Assembly: GCA_039587315.1 (NCBI GenBank) | Contig: JBDHIS010000014.1 | Coordinates: 678 to 64,677 of the forward strand | Direction: 5' to 3' | DNA from: Gemmatimonadota bacterium | Lineage (GTDB): Bacteria > Gemmatimonadota > Gemmatimonadetes > Gemmatimonadales > GWC2-71-9 | DNA length: 64,000 nucleotides | Part shown: positions 28,056 to 37,864 of the stretch, piece by piece | How positions within the stretch are numbered: position 1 is the first letter of the stretch | How the letters are laid out: each line of letters opens with the position of its first letter | The notes under the pieces: model-generated | Seen by the model: only the letters and a program-made list of their open reading frames with translations | Databases searched by the model: none | What the model was told of the DNA's origin: nothing | Made by a program: the position numbers and the translations under genes

Positions 28056-29576
28056 TCAACCCTCCAGCGATCCGACTTCAGCCTCGACCGCGTCCAGGAT
28101 GTCACACGACTCGACCAGCTCCGCCATGCGCGTGTGGTCCGGGTATAGCGGCCGGTCCTCACCCAGGTACTCCACATGCTCGCGGATGACAGCGTGGGCC
28201 GCTGCCACGCCCTTGCCCATCTCGTGCCCTCGTATGTCCAATGCCTGCGCCGCCGCCATGAACTCGATTCCGAGTACCCCGAACGCGTTCCTCAGAATCT
28301 GGCCGTTCTTGATCGCGGTGTTCATCCCCATGCTCACGAAATCCTCCTGATCGGCAGCCGCCGGAATGGAGGCGTTCGCCGCAGGAGCCGACAGTATCCG
28401 CTGCTCGACTATCAGGGTCCCCGCCGTGTACTGGCTCAACATGAAACCACTGTACAAACCGGGCTTCTCCGCCAGGAACGGCGGCAGTCCCACCGAAAGC
28501 GCCGGGTTGAGCACGCGGTTCAGTCGCCGCTCCGACAGCACCGAGATCATCGTGACGGAGGTGCCGACCATCTCCATCGGAAGCGACACCGGAGTGCCCT
28601 GGAAGTTGGCGCCTGTGAGCACCAGATCGTCTTCCGGGAAGAAGACCGGGTTGTCTCCCACGCCGTTGAGTTCGATCTCCACCTGGCTCCGCGCGTAGGC
28701 GACCGCGTCGTGCGCCGCGCCGATCACCTGCGGCGTGGAGCGCATCGAGTAGGCGTCCTGCACCCGCTTCTTGCCGCGCAGAACTTCACTTCCCGCCACG
28801 CACTTGGTGATGGCCTTGGCACTGCGCACGGCTCCCGCAAAGCCCCGCTCCTCGTGGAGTCGCGAGTCGTACGGCTTCATGTTGGCGTTCAGCGCCTCCA
28901 ACGTCATCGCGGCGGCGATCTCCGCCTGCTTGAGCCACCGATTGACGTCGTACAGATGGAGCGCGTTCATGCCGTTCATGAAGTTGGAGCCGTTGATCGT
29001 GGCGAGGCCGTCTCGCGCGTGCAGCACGACCGGCTCGAGTCCGGCACGGGCGAGCGCTTCGGCACTGGGAAGCAGCTCGCCTTCGTACCACGCCTGCCCC
29101 TCGCCCATCACCGCGAGCGCTATCTGCGACATCGGCGCCAGGTCACCGCACGCGCCGACCGAACCCTTCTGGCACACGTAGGGAGTCACCCCGCGATTGA
29201 GCATCTCGGTGAGGAGCTTGGGGATCTCCACCCTGAGACCGGAGCGGCCGTGCGCATGCACGTTGACCCGGGCCAACATCGCCGCGCGTACGTACTCGAT
29301 CGGGGCCGGATCGCCGATGCCGGCAGCGTGGTTATAGATGAGGTACTTCTGGAACTGCTTTACTTCCTCGTCGCTCAGTACGGTCTCCGAGAACTCACCG
29401 ATGCCGGTGTTGACCCCATACATCAGTTCGTGCGCCTCGAGCTTGCGCTCGATCATCGCCCGGCAGTCCCGGATACGCTGTTCAGCCTCGGCTGACAGCT
29501 CGACCTTGGCGCCACCCCGGGCAACCTGAACGACGTCCGCTATGTGGAGATTGGATCCATCCAGCTTGAGCACCAT
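28056..29576 (-). CDS. MIO-dependent ammonia-lyase (HAL/PAL family, HAL-like), Ala-Cys-Gly variant
   Basis: YGVNTGIG, GSVGACGDLAP, QDAYSMRSTPQV, DNP, GANF, QEDFVSMG. Confidence 0.88.
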   Translation of the reverse strand: MVLKLDGSNLHIADVVQVARGGAKVELSAEAEQRIRDCRAMIERKLEAHELMYGVNTGIGEFSETVLSDEEVKQFQKYLIYNHAAGIGDPAPIEYVRAAMLARVNVHAHGRSGLRVEIPKLLTEMLNRGVTPYVCQKGSVGACGDLAPMSQIALAVMGEGQAWYEGELLPSAEALARAGLEPVVLHARDGLATINGSNFMNGMNALHLYDVNRWLKQAEIAAAMTLEALNANMKPYDSRLHEERGFAGAVRSAKAITKCVAGSEVLRGKKRVQDAYSMRSTPQVIGAAHDAVAYARSQVEIELNGVGDNPVFFPEDDLVLTGANFQGTPVSLPMEMVGTSVTMISVLSERRLNRVLNPALSVGLPPFLAEKPGLYSGFMLSQYTAGTLIVEQRILSAPAANASIPAAADQEDFVSMGMNTAIKNGQILRNAFGVLGIEFMAAAQALDIRGHEMGKGVAAAHAVIREHVEYLGEDRPLYPDHTRMAELVESCDILDAVEAEVGSLEG

Positions 29577-29655
29577 GGCACCCTCATCGGTAGACAAGGC
29601 CCCGCAGGTTCCTGGCGGATCCGTGCGGGGCCAATTGCCCGTAGTGTCGATCCGG

Positions 29656-31002
<1,347 letters not shown>

Positions 31003-31103
31003 TGCGCTTCTCCTCACATCCGCGTCACATCACCGACTTCGTTTGTCCGGCTCCGGGTAGGTGGGAGCCGCGGTTTGACAGCTGACGAAGAATACCCAGG
31101 AGA

Positions 31104-32102
31104 TCACGCCAACAGAATCTCCCGCAGCGTCTCGGCGTAGCGGCCACTCTCCGGGTCGCCCGTCACGATCTCCACCCTCTCGGGGCCGTCCACGCCGATG
31201 CCCAGCTCCGCGGCCCGCGCGATCTGCTCCAGGCCGAAGACCGATCCCCGCGACACATCGGGCGTCGTTCCCTTCTCTCTTAGAATGGCGACCCCGACCG
31301 CGTCGAGTGCCACGCGGTCGGTCGAGGCCAGAATCACGTTGGGCTGCGCCACCGTACCCACGTCGGGCCCCCGGTCTACGAAGCACTCGATCGCGTCCAT
31401 CACGACGAGCGCCGGCTCGTAGCACAGATTGAGCTCCGCTATCATGCGCCGCTGGTCGCGCGAGGTGTGTAGCTCCCGCATGAAGTTGTGGTCCACCCCC
31501 GGCACCGTCTTCGCAACCATCCCCACGGTGTTCTTGAGCGACAGCGTGAAGTGCCCCCCGAACCGGTGCGTCTTGAGACAGCAGGTCTGCACGATCGCGT
31601 CAGCCTCCCGGAAGAGGCTGGCCACGTGAAAGCCCTGGCTCCAGTGGAGATCCGGATGCTGGATCGAGTGCCAGCCGGCGGGCGGCAGGTCCTGCAGGGG
31701 GAGCGCCTCGAAGTCCAGGGCCTGCGCCTGGAGCAGGACTCCATTGTGCTCCATCACCTCACGCGAGTCTCCCATCCCGCTGCGGTCGGCCACGGTGATG
31801 CGTCCCGCGCCCTGCTCCCTGAGGATCTCCACGAGCGCCTCGAGAGTCTTGGGGTGCGTGGAGCCGGGAAACGGATCGGCGGAGTTGTAGTTGGGCTTGA
31901 GGGCGACCCACTTGGCACTCACATCGGGCATCCCGACCAGCTCTATCGCGCGCCGGATCGCCTCCTCACGCTCGCCCGAGACGGCGTGGACTAGGCTCAC
32001 CTGTGCCTTCGAAGGAGGTGGCCATCCCAACCTGCCGGTCGCCATGACCGCCAGGCCCGTCGCCGATGTCTTCACGAATTCCCTGCGGGTCCAGTCACGC
32101 AT
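31104..32102 (-). CDS. DUF362 domain protein with Tat signal
   Basis: WTRREFVK, LKPNYNS, CLKTH, TLSLKN, DRVALDA; GGAGG RBS. Confidence 0.85.
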   Translation of the reverse strand: MRDWTRREFVKTSATGLAVMATGRLGWPPPSKAQVSLVHAVSGEREEAIRRAIELVGMPDVSAKWVALKPNYNSADPFPGSTHPKTLEALVEILREQGAGRITVADRSGMGDSREVMEHNGVLLQAQALDFEALPLQDLPPAGWHSIQHPDLHWSQGFHVASLFREADAIVQTCCLKTHRFGGHFTLSLKNTVGMVAKTVPGVDHNFMRELHTSRDQRRMIAELNLCYEPALVVMDAIECFVDRGPDVGTVAQPNVILASTDRVALDAVGVAILREKGTTPDVSRGSVFGLEQIARAAELGIGVDGPERVEIVTGDPESGRYAETLREILLA

Positions 32103-32178
32103 GGTCGCCTCCTGGAATCTTTTCAACATACCCACCGATCGACCGGCGAGTTGCCCGCCGCCCGGCAGCCGCCCACAC

Positions 32179-33162
32179 TCAGCGCACCAGCCGCTCCCGG
32201 ATGGCACGGATGTGCCGCGGCCCGGTGCGGCAGCAACCCCCGATCAGCCTGGCTCCGGACGCGTGCCACTGCTCGCCGGAGCGGCCGAAATCGGGCGCGC
32301 TCGTCTCTCCCAGCCAGCGTCTTGCCGCAGCGTCATAGGTCTCGCCCGAGTTGGGGTAGGCGACGACGGGCTTCGCAGTCACCCCGACCGCGGCCGCAAT
32401 CAGATCGGGGACGAGCACGGGCGAGGTGCAGTTGATTCCTACCGCGATGATCCGGGCCTCGTCCTCGAGCTCCGCCAGCATCTCGGCGAGTGGGGTGCCG
32501 TCGCTGAGCCGTTCCCCGTCCCGACAGGTGAAGCTGAACCAGGCGAAGGCGTCGAGTGTCTCGCGCAGCAGCGCCAGGAGCACTTGCCCCTCTTCGCGTG
32601 AGGGGATCGTCTCGCACGCCAGGATGTCGGCGTCGCTCCCCGCCAGAATCTCCCAGCGGTCCTGGTGAAACGCGCGGAGCGCAGCCGCGCTCAATCCGTA
32701 GTGTCCCGTGTACTCCGAGCCGTCAGCCAGGTATGCCCCGTAGGGGCCGACGCTCGCTGCCACCAATGGCCGCAGACGCCCCACGCGGTTGCCGGGCTCG
32801 GACCAGAAGGCGTCACGGGCCTCGACGGCCAGCTCCACCGAGCGCTCGAGCAGCCTTCTCGCCTCCGCGGCACCGAGCCCGCGCTCCTGGAACCGCTGCA
32901 TCGTCGCCTGATAACTGGCACTCACGATGCAATCCGCGCCCGCCCTGAGGTAGTCGCCGTGAACCTGCTGGATGAGATCGGGATCCTCCATGAGCACCCG
33001 CGCCGACCACAATGGGTCGTTCAGGTCGCAGCCGCGGGCCTCGAGCTCGGTGGCCAACCCACCGTCGAGCAGCAGCACGCCCTGCTGCCGGAGGAAGGGG
33101 CCGATCGGGTCAGCCACGCGCGACTCCGCGGTGACGCGCGGAGTCAGTCGGCCGTCCGCCAC
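32179..33162 (-). CDS. mmuM: homocysteine S-methyltransferase
   Basis: LDGGLATELE, PLWSA, SVGPYGAYLADGSEY, GINC, YPNSG, GGCC Zn ligands. Start may be the GTG at 33117. Confidence 0.92.
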   Translation of the reverse strand: MADGRLTPRVTAESRVADPIGPFLRQQGVLLLDGGLATELEARGCDLNDPLWSARVLMEDPDLIQQVHGDYLRAGADCIVSASYQATMQRFQERGLGAAEARRLLERSVELAVEARDAFWSEPGNRVGRLRPLVAASVGPYGAYLADGSEYTGHYGLSAAALRAFHQDRWEILAGSDADILACETIPSREEGQVLLALLRETLDAFAWFSFTCRDGERLSDGTPLAEMLAELEDEARIIAVGINCTSPVLVPDLIAAAVGVTAKPVVAYPNSGETYDAAARRWLGETSAPDFGRSGEQWHASGARLIGGCCRTGPRHIRAIRERLVR

Positions 33163-33503
33163 GCATTGCAGAACCGAGTCAGCGCCTCGCTCAGCCTGTA
33201 CACGTGGGGGTGCGGAGTCTTCTCCTCGCGCAGCTGCGCCATCATGTGATCGCGGGTCCGCCCCAACAGAAACTCTCCCTCCCGCCGGTCATCCCAGGCC
33301 ATGAAGAGGGCATGGGCCATTAGGCCGCGCCCGACGAGATCCTCCCCCGCGATCCCGGCGATGAGATCGGGATGCGCGGCGGCTCTCACGTCCTTGAACG
33401 CCTCGAACACGCTCGCGTGGAGGGCGTCGTTGACGAGGTCCTTGTCGCTGGGGGCGAGCTGCTTGCTCAGCGCGGCGAATGCCTCTGGTGCGGACTTCCC
33501 CAT
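33144..33503 (-). CDS. hypothetical protein
   Basis: ATG after GGAGG; 119 aa; co-oriented with mmuM. Confidence 0.6.
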   Translation of the reverse strand: MGKSAPEAFAALSKQLAPSDKDLVNDALHASVFEAFKDVRAAAHPDLIAGIAGEDLVGRGLMAHALFMAWDDRREGEFLLGRTRDHMMAQLREEKTPHPHVYRLSEALTRFCNAWRTAD

Positions 33504-33675
33504 GAACACCTCCGTGTGGCCGCTCCGCCTGGGCTGGGCGGGCGTCAACAGGGAGTTTGCCTACCTGGCACTGGTGCCGTCAAACCGGGATCGCGCCGAC
33601 ACGGGAGCGACTCGATGAGTAACTTGATTGGGCAAGTCAGGATCCGATGTCACCCGTAATGAAGAGCCGCACACG

Positions 33676-34530
33676 ATGACTGCCGACTGGGCGCTCCTGG
33701 GAGCGCCGCCCCCCGCGACGCTGACCGAGCCGCGCCTGCAGCTCCACCGCGCAATGCAGCTCGTCGCGGCCGTGGGACAAGCCTACGTGCGGCCAGCCAA
33801 GGACTACAGTCACTCCGCAGCCCAGTGGTCCGGCGAGCATCGAGTGCTGATCGGGAATCCCACCGACACCGACCCGGTGCTGCGCGTCGGGCTGGCGCCG
33901 GCGCAACTCGCCCTGGTGGTTCACGACGATGGCGGGACCGAGCTCATGCGCTACATGCTCGACGGGAGTTCCCTCGAGGAGTCCTGCGCCTGGCTGCAGT
34001 CGGTGATCGCCCAGCGACTCCGCTCCCACCCCAAGACCCTGGCCCGCTCGGAGCCGGACCTGCCGCCCGGTCCCGGGGCTGGGGCAAGCCCGTTCATGCT
34101 CGATGCGGCGCCCGCCTTCGAGGAACTCGCGCGGTGGTACGGCAACGCCAACCTGTTGCTGACGGCGCTACGCCAGAGCATCCCGGCAGCGACGGCGGTC
34201 CGTTGCTGGCCCCATCATTTCGACATCGCGTTCGGCATTCTGGTCGACGGGGACCCCACCAAGGACGACTCGCGCTCGATCGGCGTGGGCATGACGCCGG
34301 GCGACGAATCCTACGCCGTGCCCTACTGGTACGTGACCCCGTGGCCCTATCCGGAGAGCCCCCGCCCGCCCGAGCTGCCCGCGGGTGGGGAGTGGCACAC
34401 CCAGGATTGGGTCGGGGCGGTCCTCACGGCCGACCGGCTGACGAGAAGCTCGGCCGGGGAGCAGCAGCGACAGGTGGAGGACTTCACGGCGACAGCCGTC
34501 GAGGCCTGCCGCGAGATGCTCCTGAGCTAA
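33676..34530 (+). CDS. hypothetical protein (DUF5996-like)
   Basis: RLQLHRAMQL, WPHHFDIA, GMTPGD..PYWYVTPWP. Confidence 0.7.
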   Translation: MTADWALLGAPPPATLTEPRLQLHRAMQLVAAVGQAYVRPAKDYSHSAAQWSGEHRVLIGNPTDTDPVLRVGLAPAQLALVVHDDGGTELMRYMLDGSSLEESCAWLQSVIAQRLRSHPKTLARSEPDLPPGPGAGASPFMLDAAPAFEELARWYGNANLLLTALRQSIPAATAVRCWPHHFDIAFGILVDGDPTKDDSRSIGVGMTPGDESYAVPYWYVTPWPYPESPRPPELPAGGEWHTQDWVGAVLTADRLTRSSAGEQQRQVEDFTATAVEACREMLLS

Positions 34531-34788
34531 CCCGTTGCCGCCCAACGCTATGGCCGTTGCGGGCCCGTCTCCGGGCCCGCGCGGATCATCGTAACCACAT
34601 ACTTCGCAACATCTTACACCAGCCGCCAACGCCACCCTAACGCACCGTCTTTCCAGCCCTAACGCCCTGGCCCTAGCGTAGTGGCCAAGCAGGTGTAGGA
34701 TATGTCTTAGTGGCCGGACGCCACGCAGTAATCGCGTGGTCGCAGACGCGAACGCCCTACGCGGCTCAGCCCCCGGTGGTCCTTCTAG

Positions 34789-35862
34789 GTGACATCGCAG
34801 CGCAGTAACGGCACGTCACCCCGGCGTGTGTTTTCGCGTCTCCGCCGGAAAGACGGCATAGCACTGCCGCTCACGATCTTCGCGGTCGCGATCGTCACAC
34901 TGATGCTCTCGACGGTGATGGTCCGCGTGCGCACGGACCTGGGCCTGGCAGTGAGCAGCAGCGACGTCACCGAAGGACTCGTAATCGCCCAGAACGGGCT
35001 CCGCGCCTACATGGCATCCACCGCCGACCGGCCTGACGACGGCGACTCCATCCGAATAAACGTGCAGGGTGGATACGCCATGTTAGTGGCCCACCTGGTA
35101 CAACGGCCGACCGACACCTTGGACAACTGGCGTTTCGTGATCCGCTCCACGGGTTATGTGATCAAGCCCGACGAGGGGTCGGATCCACGGGCGATTCGCA
35201 CCGTTGCGCAGTTCGCGGATTGGCAGCACGGTGCCATCTACACGAGCGCGGCCCTCACCGCCATAAACGGGATCGACTACACCAGCGGAACGGATATCAT
35301 CGTAAACGGGAACGACAACTGCAGCGCCGAGGGGGTTGCGGGACTGCGGGCCCCGAGCGGCTCCGATAGCCCGGACAGCACGTATGGATCGCCCGCGGCG
35401 AGGATCCAGGACAGTTGGTCGGAAGTCGCCAACGAGACGCGAGTGAACTGGGCCGCGATCGTCGGCGGCGAGTTCGAGGCGGACCACACGACACCGGTAT
35501 TCGACACGACGTACTCCTCGTACTATCTCGAGGGCAACGTCTACCTGGAGAACGTCTCCGGGACGGGTCTCCTCATCGTGACTGGGGAGCTGGACACCGA
35601 GGGATACTACTTCGGGTGGGATGGAGTGGTGCTGGTGGGCGGCAAGTTCGATCCTGATGCCGATTCCACTCAGATCACCGGGATGTTGATCTCCGGCCTC
35701 AACAAGACGCTTGGCACGGCAGTCGGAAAGAATGACTTCACGGAGTCCGCCGATCGCCTGTTCATGTCCTACGGCTCGTGCGACATAGACGAGACGCTGG
35801 AAGAGGCCAGGGGATTCATCCCGATGGAGAACACCTGGATGGACAACTGGGCCACGAACTGA
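34789..35862 (+). CDS. PilX-like minor pilin / pilus assembly protein
   Basis: RRKDG|IALPLTIF prepilin-like cleavage site plus hydrophobic helix; C-terminal GLLIVTG/GVVLVGG beta repeats. Confidence 0.7.
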   Translation: MTSQRSNGTSPRRVFSRLRRKDGIALPLTIFAVAIVTLMLSTVMVRVRTDLGLAVSSSDVTEGLVIAQNGLRAYMASTADRPDDGDSIRINVQGGYAMLVAHLVQRPTDTLDNWRFVIRSTGYVIKPDEGSDPRAIRTVAQFADWQHGAIYTSAALTAINGIDYTSGTDIIVNGNDNCSAEGVAGLRAPSGSDSPDSTYGSPAARIQDSWSEVANETRVNWAAIVGGEFEADHTTPVFDTTYSSYYLEGNVYLENVSGTGLLIVTGELDTEGYYFGWDGVVLVGGKFDPDADSTQITGMLISGLNKTLGTAVGKNDFTESADRLFMSYGSCDIDETLEEARGFIPMENTWMDNWATN

Positions 35863-35882
35863 GGTCTGGACGCCAACAGTGC

Positions 35883-35917
35883 AGAGGCCCCGCCGTCACC
35901 CGGACGGCGGGGCCTCT
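35883..35917. terminator. intrinsic terminator hairpin between convergent genes
   Basis: Perfect 15-bp stem AGAGGCCCCGCCGTC / GACGGCGGGGCCTCT, 5-nt loop, followed by TCTTGTT. Confidence 0.8.
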
Positions 35918-35935
35918 TCTTGTTGGGGAAAGGGG

Positions 35936-37681
35936 TCAGTTCCGTTTCCTGCTCCCCCGGATCTCTGATCCCGTCTGGCGCATTGTGAAGCCAGTCACCC
36001 TGCCCTGTTCGTCGACCGTGAATTCCATCTCGGACCCCGCCTCGGGAAGCCGAAATCTGGTCTCGCTGAGCGGGTGCAACTCCACCGGATCGTCGCCCTC
36101 CACCAGCGCCATCAACCGTCCGCCCTCCAGAGTCACGGTGACCTGCACGCCGCCCTGGAACTCGTATCTGCCGACGTAGCGCTGGAGGACCTCCAGCGGC
36201 ACTTCGATCGCTTCCGGCGGCGCTTCGTCCGCCACCTGCACACCCATGCGGCGCAGCATTTCACGCGCATTGTCGTTGTCGGGATCGAGCTCGAGCGACT
36301 TCTGGTAGTTCGCAATGGCCTCGTCCTCATCGCCCGCCGTCATGTAGGCTTCGCCCAGGCTGTCGTAGGTATTCGCGCTCTCAGGGTAGGCCTCGACGTT
36401 GAGCGCGAAAACTTCGATTGCGGTTCGGGCGGAACCTCCGCCCAAATAGTAGTACCCCAGACGGTTCAGCTCCCGCTCAGCAAAGTCGTAGGCGTCGGCT
36501 TCGGTCTCCTTGAGCTCCCAATAGCGGGCTACCGCCACATCCATTCCGTCCGCAGCGATGGCGTCATACATGACCTGGGCAATGGACTGGACGGGCTCGG
36601 CCGGCTCCTCGCCGTAGAGTATGTTCGCGATGCCCCGCGAGATCGCGCCGACCCGGTTCCCCTCGGTGTTGTCCATCACGATGATCGTGTGCTCGTCGTC
36701 CACGAGCCGCCAAAACCCCGTGACAAAGCCATTGATGCCGCCGCCGTGCGAGATGAGCCTGGTCGTCGTGTCGCCGACGCTGAGGTCACGCACGCCCCAA
36801 CCATACGCGTAATTGTTCAGGAACGGCGTGAACATCGTCTCCTTCGTTCCGGCGCTGTCGAACACGCGGTCGGTGTACAGGATCCGATCCCACTCGAACA
36901 GGTCCCGCACCGTCGAGTACATCGAGCCGGCGGCATAAGGCAGTGACGTATCCAGATAGTCCGCGTTCTCGTATCCAGCGAACGTCCAGCTGTAGCCAGC
37001 GGCGCGCCGCGGGAGCACGTCGCTGAAGTGGTCGTATCCCGTGTCATCCAGTTCCAGCGGATCCAGCACCATATCCCGCAGGGCCCGATCGTACGGCATC
37101 CCGGTTACCTCCTCGATGATCACGCCGAGGAGGAAGTACCCGGAGTTGTTGTAGCGCCAATCCGACCCCGGCTCGAACTCGAGCTGCAGACCTGAGAACA
37201 CCGCCACCAACTCGTCCGGAGTGTACGGGTCGCGGCTGTGCTCTCTCATGAAACCGGACAGGCCAGTGTAGCTCGGAATGCCGGATGTGTGGGTGAGGAG
37301 GTGATGTATCGTGACCTGATCTCCGGTCTCGGCCGGATAGTCGGGCAGGTAGTCGGTAATCTTGCCGTCGAGGGAGATGACACCGGCCTCTACCAGCTTC
37401 AGGATCATTACAGCCGTGAACTGCTTGGTCACGGACCCGATGCGGAACTTGGTGTCCGGGGCGTTTGGAATCGACCACTCCATATCGGCATAGCCGAACC
37501 CCTTCTGGAAGATCACTTCGCCACCCTGCGCAACGAGTACCGCTCCGCTGAACTGGCCCAGCTCGTGATAGCGACTCACGAGGGCGTCGATCTCTTCGGC
37601 GACACCCTGCGCAAGCGCGACGCCGGGAAGACTGAGCGAGACAGTCAGCAGTGCCCATAGGATGCGATTTGGCTTTCTCAT
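35936..37681 (-). CDS. secreted serine hydrolase (beta-lactamase family) with TPR and DUF3471-like C-terminal domain
   Basis: SVTK, YNN, HGG; TPR (NTYDSLGEAY); LQRYVGRY C-terminal domain. Confidence 0.9.
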   Translation of the reverse strand: MRKPNRILWALLTVSLSLPGVALAQGVAEEIDALVSRYHELGQFSGAVLVAQGGEVIFQKGFGYADMEWSIPNAPDTKFRIGSVTKQFTAVMILKLVEAGVISLDGKITDYLPDYPAETGDQVTIHHLLTHTSGIPSYTGLSGFMREHSRDPYTPDELVAVFSGLQLEFEPGSDWRYNNSGYFLLGVIIEEVTGMPYDRALRDMVLDPLELDDTGYDHFSDVLPRRAAGYSWTFAGYENADYLDTSLPYAAGSMYSTVRDLFEWDRILYTDRVFDSAGTKETMFTPFLNNYAYGWGVRDLSVGDTTTRLISHGGGINGFVTGFWRLVDDEHTIIVMDNTEGNRVGAISRGIANILYGEEPAEPVQSIAQVMYDAIAADGMDVAVARYWELKETEADAYDFAERELNRLGYYYLGGGSARTAIEVFALNVEAYPESANTYDSLGEAYMTAGDEDEAIANYQKSLELDPDNDNAREMLRRMGVQVADEAPPEAIEVPLEVLQRYVGRYEFQGGVQVTVTLEGGRLMALVEGDDPVELHPLSETRFRLPEAGSEMEFTVDEQGRVTGFTMRQTGSEIRGSRKRN

Positions 37682-37805
37682 CTCGTGCCTCGGCGGTCCA
37701 CGACCTGAAGGAAGAGCCGGCCCTGACCGGCGCGGGAGGTTCCTCGTCCACTACGCGTCACTCAGTTGAAAAGATGCACGCCGGGACACCGCGGGGCGAG
37801 CGTGA

Positions 37806-37840
37806 AGAGCCCCACGGCCGCTCGGCGACCATGGGGCTCT
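37806..37840 (-). terminator. possible terminator hairpin after DPP-IV copy 1
   Basis: AGAGCCCCA..TGGGGCTCT imperfect stem downstream of stop 37865. Confidence 0.4.
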
Positions 37841-37864
37841 GTTAAAGCAATGGAGCTCGCGGGG

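Noticed and set aside
28056-29576. Calling the lyase a PAL that feeds cinnamate to the BCR cluster
   Set aside because: Specificity positions (NH, QED) are HAL-like, it lies about 13 kb from the cluster, and no cinnamate-CoA ligase is present.
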